Shown piece by piece: positions 28,291 through 36,786 of a DNA stretch of 54,595 nt (position 1 is the first letter of the stretch; every line of letters starts with the position of its first letter). The notes under the pieces are model-generated. The model made no database searches, was not told the origin of the DNA, and saw nothing but the letters and a program-made list of their open reading frames with translations. Source of the DNA: a virus (lineage: Duplodnaviria; Caudoviricetes); IMG/VR virus record IMGVR_UViG_3300045996_000773, positions 1 through 54,595 of that record; one strand, given 5' to 3'. The position numbers and the translations under genes were made by a program.

Positions 28291-28731
28291 ATGAAAAAAA
28301 TAATAGCCGCCTTTTTGATCTTATCAGTAGCAGGAGTTTTAAACGCTCAAAGCTATCAACTCAATGTAACATTCACAGCTGACTCCTGGGGACTTATGAG
28401 CGCCTTGTATTCATCAAAAGGAGACAGCACAGCCGCAAGGTTTGAAAGGAAACTGCATAATACCGTACAAGCAAATCTTCCGATCAATTCCTGGTCGCAG
28501 AATATCACCGTAGATACTGTGCCAAACGCTGTGATCAATTGGATATACGCCACGTATAGAAGCTTACCAGAGGGGCTAACAACTCTTTATGGAAATTCAA
28601 TACTCACTGTAATAAACGCCATGACGCATCCCGACATTGTAGCGCATAGGGCTATCATCAATCAACAATACATAGACCGAAGGATAAACGAAATTAGGCC
28701 GGAGGCAAAGAGAAAAAACATTGACAATTAA
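28291..28731 (+). CDS. Secreted protein
   Basis: MKKIIAAFLILSVAGVLNA|Q signal peptide with Gln at +1. Confidence 0.75.
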   Translation: MKKIIAAFLILSVAGVLNAQSYQLNVTFTADSWGLMSALYSSKGDSTAARFERKLHNTVQANLPINSWSQNITVDTVPNAVINWIYATYRSLPEGLTTLYGNSILTVINAMTHPDIVAHRAIINQQYIDRRINEIRPEAKRKNIDN

Positions 28732-28755
28732 ATACTAACTATAAAAACAACGCAA

Positions 28756-29136
28756 ATGAAAAAAACAGCAATTCCATTTCTTACTGCGCTCGTCGTACTT
28801 GTAGCCTGCAACAGTCGTGACGACGACAGTTCAAAAGCGGATCCGAACGCAACGAAACCATACAGCAAAAGGAAAGTAGTCGCTGTCGTGACAAAACCCG
28901 ACAGCTCTAAAGTTCTGAGCGCTGTACTTGAAATTATCAGCGATAAAATCAAGTATGATTCGATTGCAGGTAAAAAGGTGATCGTAACAGACACTATTTA
29001 CGGCGAGTGGGCGCCAATGGCTTTTAAGACACAGGCCGGTAAAGACACTGTAGTGTACGATTGGTTTTTAAAAAGTAGAGACAGTATAAACACAAAAGTT
29101 GAAAACCGAGATCTTGATTCGTTATTAAAAAACTGA
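28756..29136 (+). CDS. Putative lipoprotein
   Basis: MKKTAIPFLTALVVLVA|CNSRDDD lipobox followed by an acidic patch. Confidence 0.75.
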   Translation: MKKTAIPFLTALVVLVACNSRDDDSSKADPNATKPYSKRKVVAVVTKPDSSKVLSAVLEIISDKIKYDSIAGKKVIVTDTIYGEWAPMAFKTQAGKDTVVYDWFLKSRDSINTKVENRDLDSLLKN

Positions 29137-29164
29137 TGATAACCAATAACTAAAAAATCCAACA

Positions 29165-31741
29165 ATGAAAAATCTACTATTAGTTTTTGCAGCAGTCTTA
29201 CTCACAGTAAGCTGCCAGAAGCAAGCAAGAGAAATCTTGCGCCCAGAACTCAAAACTACCACTAAGACTGAAAAACCAAGCAAAAAGTACCGGGAGGGGC
29301 AGTTAATGATTCGCATGAAAGATGGCGGCACAACAGCTAGGCTTGGGTATAGAATCAAACAAAATATTCACACTAAGCACATGCAGCGCAAAGGTGTGAA
29401 AGCGATTGAAATAATCGAGGTTGACGATGTAGAAAAAGAATATGAAAGATTAAAGAATGACCCCAACGTTGAGGCGGTAAGCCCGAATTATATTCGTACC
29501 GTTCCTCAAATAGACCCCGAAGCGCCAAAGGGGTTAGATAAATTAAGCGCATCCCTTTATCCTAATGACCCGTTGTTATCACAGTTATGGGGCATGACCA
29601 CTATCAATGCTCAAACAGCATGGAACGCTGGAAGCCTGGGAGACACAAGCGTTATTGTTGGTTTGATTGACGAAGGTGTAAAGTATTGGCATGAAGATTT
29701 GCGCTGTGTTATTTGGACAAACCCTTTCGATAAACCTGATGGAATTGATAACGATGGCAATGGCTACACAGATGATATTCATGGATGGGATTGGCACAAT
29801 AGCGATAACACAATCTTTGATAACAGGGATTTTCACGGCACACATACGGCAGGAACTATTGGCGCAACCGGAAACAACGGGTTAGGTGTGATTGGCGTAT
29901 GTCCACAGGTGACAATTATTTCGTTGAAGTTCCTTGAAAGTTGGGGTGATGATAGTTGGGCTGTGCAAGCGTTTGATTATATAGCCGATTTAAAAGTTCG
30001 CCACAATCTTAATATTGTTAATACTTCTAATTCGTGGGGCGGTGGTGGATATAACGTTTTTCTTCGTGAAGCCATTAAAAGAAACGGTGATGTACAAATA
30101 CAAGCGTTTTGCGCTGCCGGAAATTCTCAACAGAATAATGATACTGACCAGGATCCAAATTACCCAAGTTCTTATGACTTAGATTGTATCACAGCAGTAG
30201 CCGCAAGTGATTGGTCAAATAACATGGCGGGATTCACTTCTTACGGCGCAACTTCAGTTGATCTTGCAGCACCGGGGACTGGAATTATTTCCTGCTATCA
30301 GGGTTCATTGTATGAAACAAATAAGTACGTTGGGGCGAGTGGAACAAGTATGAGTACGCCACATTGCGCCGGTGCAGATGCTTTATATGCAGCTTCTCAT
30401 CCCGGTAGTACGATAGCCGATCGAAAGGCAGCAATGTTAAACAGCGTTACGGTAGTTCCTGTATGGGCGGGTAAGGTAAGGTCAGGGGGTATATTAAATA
30501 TTGCCACCTTCACAACTCCAACACAAGCGCAAGCGGAAGTAAGTTGTTTAGACCAACCAGCGGATTTAGATACTGTTCGTCCTACAATACCTCCCGAACT
30601 TGAACTATTAGGCACAGCACCGGGACAAGTTTCTTTACGGTGGAGAAAGGGTTCAGACAATCAGGGCATAGATCATTACATTATAACAACTCATGGTTGT
30701 TGCATTGACGGAACGACAGACACAACAGCGACCTTAACAGGATTTCAACCGGGGGTTTATACATGGCACGTTAATGCGAAAGATAATTGGGGGAATATGT
30801 CTGACCCAACCAATACAGTTACCGGCACTATTCCGGGCGATGAGCAGCCGCCGACCTCACCTACAATTACTTCAGTAGCCGTTGATGGGACTAGAATAAT
30901 TGGGGTATTTACGGGAAGTACAGATAATATCGGCATCAGGAAATATGTAGTTTATTGGAGAGAAGCGGGAAAAAATTGGAATCAATTTGACCAATCGAGA
31001 GTAACGTTTCAATTTGTTTTGCAAGATCTTTCTCCCGGAACAACGCATGAAATTTACATGGTTGCACTTGACTACTCAGATAATCAGTCTGCGCCAAGTA
31101 ATACGGTATATGCCACAACAGGAGGCTCACCAACAGAAGATGCACAAGCTCCTACATTAAACGGGGCGCCTTCCCTAAGTGACATTACCACTTCGTCCAT
31201 AAGAGTAAGTTTCCCTGCCGCTTCTGATAACATTGGAGTAACAGGGTATAGGATTAATTGGAGGGCGGCAGGAGGAAATTGGCTTGAAAAATTACTAATA
31301 AGCACATCGCTTACTATTGGTTTATTGTCAGAAGGAACTACTTATGAATTTAATTACCAGGCGAGGGACGCAGCAGGAAATTGGAGCGCAAACAGCGCAA
31401 CAGTATCAGGAACGACATTAGTGACGCCCCCTCCACCACCGCCCCCTCCGCCGCCACCTGGCGATGATATCGCGCCAAGCGTAAATATTACCAGCCCGCA
31501 GGACGGTTATGTAATCCCACTGAAAGGAAACAGAAATGTAAAGATCATATTTACTGCCACCGATAATGTTGGAGTTACATCGACACAGATTTTAATTGAC
31601 GGGCTTGTTGTAGCGAATAACGTTTCGTCTTATATGTGGAATGCAGGTAAAGCATCGCCAGGAAATCATGTAATAACGTGCAAGGCTTTTGATGCGGCGG
31701 GAAATACAGGCAGTAAATCGGTGACAGTTGTTAAAAAATAA
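29165..31741 (+). CDS. Lipoprotein S8 (subtilisin-family) serine protease with FN3 repeats, poly-Pro linker and Ig-like C-terminal domain
   Basis: Lipobox LLTVS|C; catalytic triad LIDEG, HGTHTAG, GTSMSTP; oxyanion AAGN; three (S/T)DN(Q/I)G-containing FN3-like units. Confidence 0.92.
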   Translation: MKNLLLVFAAVLLTVSCQKQAREILRPELKTTTKTEKPSKKYREGQLMIRMKDGGTTARLGYRIKQNIHTKHMQRKGVKAIEIIEVDDVEKEYERLKNDPNVEAVSPNYIRTVPQIDPEAPKGLDKLSASLYPNDPLLSQLWGMTTINAQTAWNAGSLGDTSVIVGLIDEGVKYWHEDLRCVIWTNPFDKPDGIDNDGNGYTDDIHGWDWHNSDNTIFDNRDFHGTHTAGTIGATGNNGLGVIGVCPQVTIISLKFLESWGDDSWAVQAFDYIADLKVRHNLNIVNTSNSWGGGGYNVFLREAIKRNGDVQIQAFCAAGNSQQNNDTDQDPNYPSSYDLDCITAVAASDWSNNMAGFTSYGATSVDLAAPGTGIISCYQGSLYETNKYVGASGTSMSTPHCAGADALYAASHPGSTIADRKAAMLNSVTVVPVWAGKVRSGGILNIATFTTPTQAQAEVSCLDQPADLDTVRPTIPPELELLGTAPGQVSLRWRKGSDNQGIDHYIITTHGCCIDGTTDTTATLTGFQPGVYTWHVNAKDNWGNMSDPTNTVTGTIPGDEQPPTSPTITSVAVDGTRIIGVFTGSTDNIGIRKYVVYWREAGKNWNQFDQSRVTFQFVLQDLSPGTTHEIYMVALDYSDNQSAPSNTVYATTGGSPTEDAQAPTLNGAPSLSDITTSSIRVSFPAASDNIGVTGYRINWRAAGGNWLEKLLISTSLTIGLLSEGTTYEFNYQARDAAGNWSANSATVSGTTLVTPPPPPPPPPPPGDDIAPSVNITSPQDGYVIPLKGNRNVKIIFTATDNVGVTSTQILIDGLVVANNVSSYMWNAGKASPGNHVITCKAFDAAGNTGSKSVTVVKK

Positions 31742-31746
31742 AACGC

Positions 31747-31938
31747 ATGAAAGCGATGGAGCAGCAATGGTATGATGGTAAAAGTTTTTTGGGTGCCCTT
31801 CTTACGATCCTTTTTGCCTGGATCGGCACTATTACGCCGCAGGATTGGGCTACGATTATGGCGGTAGGTGCGGGGGCGACAACTATCATTTATAACATCG
31901 TAAAAACAATTAAAGAAATAAAAAATAAAAGACAATGA
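31747..31938 (+). CDS. Holin-like small membrane protein
   Basis: 63 aa, two hydrophobic segments, basic C-terminus. Confidence 0.55.
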   Translation: MKAMEQQWYDGKSFLGALLTILFAWIGTITPQDWATIMAVGAGATTIIYNIVKTIKEIKNKRQ

Positions 31939-32303
31939 TAGAGTACCTATTGATCATTTCCACCTACACGATCGGCTGCTACTTCGCTGCCCTGGAAGTA
32001 ATTAACAAAATCAGGAAGAGAAACCTAAGCGCCTCACTGAACGAAGTGAAGAAAACATATATGCAGGAAGAATGGAATACAATTCTTTCAATGGTAGGCT
32101 GTCTGTTCATTATCGTCTTAGCCTGGTATATCATCCATAAGAACGATGTACACCTACCGGATTGGATTCAAGATTGGGGCGCTTATGTTATCACGCTTGC
32201 TTCCGGATACTGTTTGCACAGGGTAATCTTTAAGCTACTCGGAACTACCGAAAAAGCTGTCGTTAAAAAGATAGAAGATAAAGGAAAGGAAATGGGCCTG
32301 TAA
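31935..32303 (+). CDS. Membrane protein (holin candidate)
   Basis: 122 aa, three hydrophobic segments. Confidence 0.55.
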   Translation: MIEYLLIISTYTIGCYFAALEVINKIRKRNLSASLNEVKKTYMQEEWNTILSMVGCLFIIVLAWYIIHKNDVHLPDWIQDWGAYVITLASGYCLHRVIFKLLGTTEKAVVKKIEDKGKEMGL

Positions 32304-32313
32304 AAAACAAACT

Positions 32314-32823
32314 ATGAAAGATGCTTTAAAAGAGTTCTGGTTAGATGTAGGCATTGCAACACTTTTTGTTATTGCGATCTTCCTCGTTATGTTTTTCTTT
32401 TCAGGTTGCAAGGTGCTAAAGAATCAAAAGATAAGCACTAAAGATTCAACATCTGTAAACAACTCGAAGGAAGGAAGCATCAAAAGCGATAGCTCGGGAA
32501 GCAAAGCTGATAGGACCAGTACAAAGGAAACGGTTTACTACCCTCAGCCGATTTATATAGAGGGAAAGAACGGAGAAGCTAAGATCATTTTTGTACCACA
32601 ATCAGTAAAAGAATCAGGTACAGAAAAATTAGAACAGGCGCAGATAATAAGAGACACAAGCTGGAAAGAAGCTATCCGCGAAATGACGGTAGCCCTATCA
32701 AATAAAGAACTCGAAAAGAAAACAAAGGTAGGCCCGTCGTTCATTGAGTGGATATTGATTGCAGGAATAGCCCTGCTTTACGTAAAGGATTTTTTACCAT
32801 TTAAAATAATCACTAAAACTTAA
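32314..32823 (+). CDS. Unimolecular spanin candidate
   Basis: N-terminal lipobox FFSG|C and C-terminal transmembrane helix, inside the lysis region. Confidence 0.6.
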   Translation: MKDALKEFWLDVGIATLFVIAIFLVMFFFSGCKVLKNQKISTKDSTSVNNSKEGSIKSDSSGSKADRTSTKETVYYPQPIYIEGKNGEAKIIFVPQSVKESGTEKLEQAQIIRDTSWKEAIREMTVALSNKELEKKTKVGPSFIEWILIAGIALLYVKDFLPFKIITKT

Positions 32824-32828
32824 ATTTT

Positions 32829-33167
32829 ATGTACAGAGACTCAGAAAAATTCGAATGGTTAGTCGCGCGAATTTTCTTCGCTGCCTTACTGACTGTAAAC
32901 CTTCTTTTAATGTTTGTAATTAACCCAGGCGGAGCAACAGATCCGTTTGTAACGGAAACTTTGTGGGAAGCCGTTCATCCGTTCAAGTGGACAGATGCAA
33001 TAGCGCTGATCGCGAACCTGTTTGTATACCTGTACCTGGGCGGCGTGGCAAATAAAGTAGTCAGGCCGATCTACGAATGGATAGAACCGAAAGGTGAAAA
33101 TTCATACGGCTTTACGAAGGCAGTGTTTTGGGTATGTGTAGGGCTAATGCTACTATACTACATATGA
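32829..33167 (+). CDS. Membrane protein
   Basis: 112 aa, three hydrophobic segments. Confidence 0.65.
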   Translation: MYRDSEKFEWLVARIFFAALLTVNLLLMFVINPGGATDPFVTETLWEAVHPFKWTDAIALIANLFVYLYLGGVANKVVRPIYEWIEPKGENSYGFTKAVFWVCVGLMLLYYI

Positions 33168-33607
33168 TCCCGGTCGTACTATATCAAATATTCGTTATAT
33201 GGCTTGCACGTAAAAACGCGAGTTGGAGCAACCCTGCCGATGTACACAAGATAAAACATACACTGAACGGTTTATGCCACTTGGCAGCAGCTGGTATCGT
33301 ATGGTATTTCTTTACCTGGACACTAGCTGTATCGCTACTGCTTATCACAAGGGTTGTTTTCGATGCTACGTACAATATGGCTATGGATAACGGCCTCGGG
33401 TACATACCGCAGAAACCGAAAAGTAGATTGGATCAGTTGGAAAAGCTGTTTTTTAAAATAAACAAGTTAGAAGAATGGTTCATTCTACTTATCGTTAAAA
33501 TAATCTGCAGGCGGAAAACTGTCATACCGGATTACGTGGTAGAACGAGTGGCTATTGTTTTTAGATTAAAAGTCTTATCAACGGGAATAATATTACTATT
33601 TATATGA
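33164..33607 (+). CDS. Membrane protein
   Basis: ATG at 33164 overlaps the previous stop (ATGA); several hydrophobic segments. Confidence 0.6.
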   Translation: MIPVVLYQIFVIWLARKNASWSNPADVHKIKHTLNGLCHLAAAGIVWYFFTWTLAVSLLLITRVVFDATYNMAMDNGLGYIPQKPKSRLDQLEKLFFKINKLEEWFILLIVKIICRRKTVIPDYVVERVAIVFRLKVLSTGIILLFI

Positions 33608-34116
33608 AACCCTCAGAAAACTGTCACGCCTTAATAAAACAATTCGAAGGTTGTAGATTAAAAGCCTATAAGGATTCTGCCGCAGTCTGGACTATCGGCT
33701 ATGGTACTACCTATTATCCGGACGGCAACGCTGTAAGACAAAGCGAAGTAATTACACAAGAGAGGGCTGAGTTTCTTTTGAAGTGGCAGGTCTTAGAAAA
33801 GTCAGGCGGCGTCGATGCTTTGGTGAATGGCCCGCTCAATAAATTAAAGCATGGCTATTCACGCGTAAATCAAAATCAGTTTGATGCATTAGTTTCTTTC
33901 GCTTACAACGTAGGAACAGGCGCCTTAAAGAAAAGCACTTTACTAAAAAAAATCTTAGTAAACGCAAATGACCCGACAATAGAACAAGAGTTTTTGAAAT
34001 GGGATAAAGTGAAAAAGGTAATTAAAGACGAAAGCGATAAGTCGATTATAACCTACGTTCCCGTTAGAGGACTAACTAAAAGAAGACAAGCAGAGGCAGA
34101 TCTGTATTTTAAATGA
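33604..34116 (+). CDS. Endolysin, GH24 lysozyme
   Basis: E-x8-D-x5-T motif in FEGCRLKAYKDSAAVWTIGYG; NQNQFDALVSFAYNVG; GLTKRRQAE. Confidence 0.95.
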   Translation: MKPSENCHALIKQFEGCRLKAYKDSAAVWTIGYGTTYYPDGNAVRQSEVITQERAEFLLKWQVLEKSGGVDALVNGPLNKLKHGYSRVNQNQFDALVSFAYNVGTGALKKSTLLKKILVNANDPTIEQEFLKWDKVKKVIKDESDKSIITYVPVRGLTKRRQAEADLYFK

Positions 34117-34367
34117 AAATCTTTTTCATCATAGCGCTCGTTTGGTCCATCACAGCAATCTGCTTTACCAGGTGCAGGATCGAAAAGATACTGCAGGTAA
34201 AGGAGATAGGCGTTACACTAATAGACATAAAAGACGGCGGGCGCGAAGAACGCGGACACATGTACTGGCTTACCTGGCGTGATGAAAGAGGAACTGATTA
34301 TTTGATGCTATGCCCTTGTCCTGGATATAAGATTGGAGATACACGAACCTTTTTAATAACCCGATGA
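34113..34367 (+). CDS. Small protein with N-terminal hydrophobic segment
   Basis: 84 aa, ATGA coupling. Confidence 0.6.
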   Translation: MKIFFIIALVWSITAICFTRCRIEKILQVKEIGVTLIDIKDGGREERGHMYWLTWRDERGTDYLMLCPCPGYKIGDTRTFLITR

Positions 34368-34579
34368 AACTACCCTGCTACTATAGCCTCCACTATCAAG
34401 GCTACCTTGTTATTAACATGGATGGCTGGTACAAAATACCCGCTATAGTTTGCCCGCTTTTACCAAACATGAACGCCGCAAAAGCTAAGATCGACGAATA
34501 CGAGAACTTACGAAACGGACCGAAGCTCTTTGATAACGAAACAACCACCTATGCCAAAGAAAGTAATGTCGGCCAGTGA
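34364..34579 (+). CDS. Hypothetical protein
   Basis: 71 aa, ATGA coupling. Confidence 0.55.
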   Translation: MKLPCYYSLHYQGYLVINMDGWYKIPAIVCPLLPNMNAAKAKIDEYENLRNGPKLFDNETTTYAKESNVGQ

Positions 34580-35696
34580 AAAGATAAAAGAACACATACT
34601 AAATAATCCAGCAAGTACAAATGCAGAGATAGCGAGAGCCTTAGACTCCACGCCTCAGTTCGTTGCAAATTGCCGCAATAAACTGAGGCAAGAAGGTAAA
34701 ATAGCAAAAGCACCTGCCGACTACAGAAGAAAAAAGCATCCTGCTTTAGCAGCGGAATGCGACACAGTAGGCTTGCCTGTTGACAATGTTTCTAACTACT
34801 GGTATAAAGGCAAGCATTATTCCATACACGTAAATGGTAAAGACGTTTCACCCTGGGAGGTTCTTGAACAGGTGATCGATGAAATGAAAAAGCATAGTCC
34901 CAGGTATGCGCCAATCAAATATGAGAAAGTAACTGACGGGCATTTGCTCGTTGTGGATCCGGCAGATATACATATCGGTAAGCTTTGCAGCGCTTTTGAA
35001 ACAGGCGACCCGTTCACACATAAAGTTGCGATCGACCGGGTGAAGTCGGGAGTGGCGGGTATTATTCAGAAAGTAAAAGGCTTCCCGATCGACAAGATCT
35101 TACTTATCATCGGCAACGATATCCTGCACGTCGATAATGCAAAACATACAACCACATCGGGCACTCCCCAGGACACAGAACTTATGTGGTATGACGCTTT
35201 CAAGATTGCATTCAAGCTGCAGGTCGAAGTAATTGAAATGCTAATATCGATCGCGCCGGTCCATGTGCAGTACGATCCGTCAAATCACGATTACCTAACC
35301 GGCTTTTTCCTGGCGCAGTCGCTAGAGGCATGGTTCAGAAATTCAAAAGGAATAACGTTCAATGTAAGTCCTGCGCACAGAAAATATTTTGTTTACGGCG
35401 AGAACTTGATCGGTAGCACACACGGCGACGGAGCTAAAGAAGCGGACCTGGGTTTTCTAATGGCGCATGAAAGTAAGGATTGGAACGGTTGCAAGCACAG
35501 ATATTTTTATACCCATCACCTGCATCACAAGAGAAGTAAAGACTATATGAGCGTTTGCGTGGAAACCCTACGAAGCCCGAGCGGTACGGACAGCTGGCAC
35601 CACCGTAACGGCTACCAACACGCACCTAAAGCTGTAGAAGGGTTTTTGCATCATAAGACACATGGACAAATAGCCAGAGTAACACATTTATTTTAA
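34551..35696 (+). CDS. Calcineurin-like metallophosphoesterase with N-terminal HTH
   Basis: DIHIG, GNDILH, SNHD, THGD, HHLH motifs; STNAEIARALDSTPQFV helix-turn-helix; ATG at 34551 preferred. Confidence 0.8.
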   Translation: MPKKVMSASEKIKEHILNNPASTNAEIARALDSTPQFVANCRNKLRQEGKIAKAPADYRRKKHPALAAECDTVGLPVDNVSNYWYKGKHYSIHVNGKDVSPWEVLEQVIDEMKKHSPRYAPIKYEKVTDGHLLVVDPADIHIGKLCSAFETGDPFTHKVAIDRVKSGVAGIIQKVKGFPIDKILLIIGNDILHVDNAKHTTTSGTPQDTELMWYDAFKIAFKLQVEVIEMLISIAPVHVQYDPSNHDYLTGFFLAQSLEAWFRNSKGITFNVSPAHRKYFVYGENLIGSTHGDGAKEADLGFLMAHESKDWNGCKHRYFYTHHLHHKRSKDYMSVCVETLRSPSGTDSWHHRNGYQHAPKAVEGFLHHKTHGQIARVTHLF

Positions 35697-35707
35697 AACC
35701 AAACACT

Positions 35708-36208
35708 ATGAAACGAATATTACTCATTGGATCCGCCCGACACGGTAAAGACACGGTAGCTGAAATGCTAAGTGCTATGTGCGGGATAACTTTTGAAAGT
35801 TCTTCTATGGCTGCAGCCAGAATATTTTTATTTGATAAGTTAAAAGATAAGTACGGCTATAAGACTTTTGGAGATTGCTTTGAAGACCGAATGAACCGCC
35901 GCGCCGAGTGGCATGCAGAGATATGCGAGTACAACAAAGATGATAAAGCCAGGCTTGCAAAAGACATTCTTGCTACTTCAGATATGTATGTAGGTATGCG
36001 CAGCAACGTTGAAGTTGAAGAATGTTTAAGGCAGGGCTTATTTAATCTGGTCATCGCAGTTTACGATCCGCGCAAACGGCTTGAAGACGCTACTTCTTTC
36101 GATATAAATATTTGGGCCAAAGCTGATATCGTAATACCGAACAGTGGCAGTCTTGAAGATCTGTACATACGGCTGCATAAAATAAAATCACTGTTTTCGA
36201 TACTTTAG
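35708..36208 (+). CDS. Deoxynucleoside monophosphate kinase-like P-loop protein
   Basis: GSARHGKDT P-loop, VGMRSNVE, IVIPNSGSLEDL. Confidence 0.75.
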   Translation: MKRILLIGSARHGKDTVAEMLSAMCGITFESSSMAAARIFLFDKLKDKYGYKTFGDCFEDRMNRRAEWHAEICEYNKDDKARLAKDILATSDMYVGMRSNVEVEECLRQGLFNLVIAVYDPRKRLEDATSFDINIWAKADIVIPNSGSLEDLYIRLHKIKSLFSIL

Positions 36209-36243
36209 CAATTCATTTGAAAGTAAAAAAGTAAATTGATGAC

Positions 36244-36492
36244 ATGGGAATCGCCGCGACTGAGAGGGTTCAAATAACCGAAGATTATTTCGGTGAGCCT
36301 TTTTATGTGATCAACGACCCAAAGCAAAAGGAGTATCTGTTGACAGGTATAACGAAAAGACCAGGAGGAACAATCCTTCACCTTGATTATTTAGGAACAG
36401 AGATCGAGGTTTACGACTTTGAATGCAGCCTTACAAGGGATGAAAATAAATACATGGAAGGTAAATACGCGACAAACGACGAGGACGAATAA
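36244..36492 (+). CDS. Hypothetical protein
   Basis: 82 aa, followed by a terminator. Confidence 0.65.
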   Translation: MGIAATERVQITEDYFGEPFYVINDPKQKEYLLTGITKRPGGTILHLDYLGTEIEVYDFECSLTRDENKYMEGKYATNDEDE

Positions 36493-36525
36493 ACTTTTTT
36501 CTCATAAGCAGTTAGTTTTGGTTGC

Positions 36526-36557
36526 GGGGCTTGTTTCTACAGGCCCCTAATTTTTTT
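36526..36557 (+). terminator. Intrinsic terminator ending the late region
   Basis: GGGGCTTGT-TTCT-ACAGGCCCC then TAA and T7. Confidence 0.8.
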
Positions 36558-36783
36558 GTACCCCGCTCAAATAAAAAACGCAGTAAACTATTCATTTACA
36601 ACGTTTAACGTTTTACTCTTGTGATCCCGCAGGGATAAATCAGTCAGATTATTGAAATAATTAGTTTCTAATTAGTTACGCTAAGAACCGCTACGGGTGT
36701 GCATTTCAGGTGAAAAATAAAGTTCTATAAAGTCGTGAGAATACCTGAAAAATGTTCTAACCTTGTACCCCAAATTGTACCCC
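36556..36783. repeat. Three TTGTACCCC direct repeats, candidate integrase arm-type sites
   Basis: At 36556, 36763 and 36775, flanking the attP core. Confidence 0.6.
36621..36636 (-). other. attP core, copy of a tRNA 3' end (probably tRNA-Arg)
   Basis: Minus strand ATCCCTGCGGGATCAC reads as T-loop end, T-stem 3' strand, acceptor-stem 3' strand and discriminator; ~150 bp upstream of the integrase. Confidence 0.7.
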
Positions 36784-36786
36784 TGC

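Noticed and set aside
31428-31459. C-rich low-complexity tract
   Set aside because: Encodes the poly-proline linker of the protease.
36600-36700. Complete tRNA gene near the integrase
   Set aside because: Only ~16 nt of a 3' end; the adjacent sequence gives no TTCGA loop, anticodon arm or D arm.
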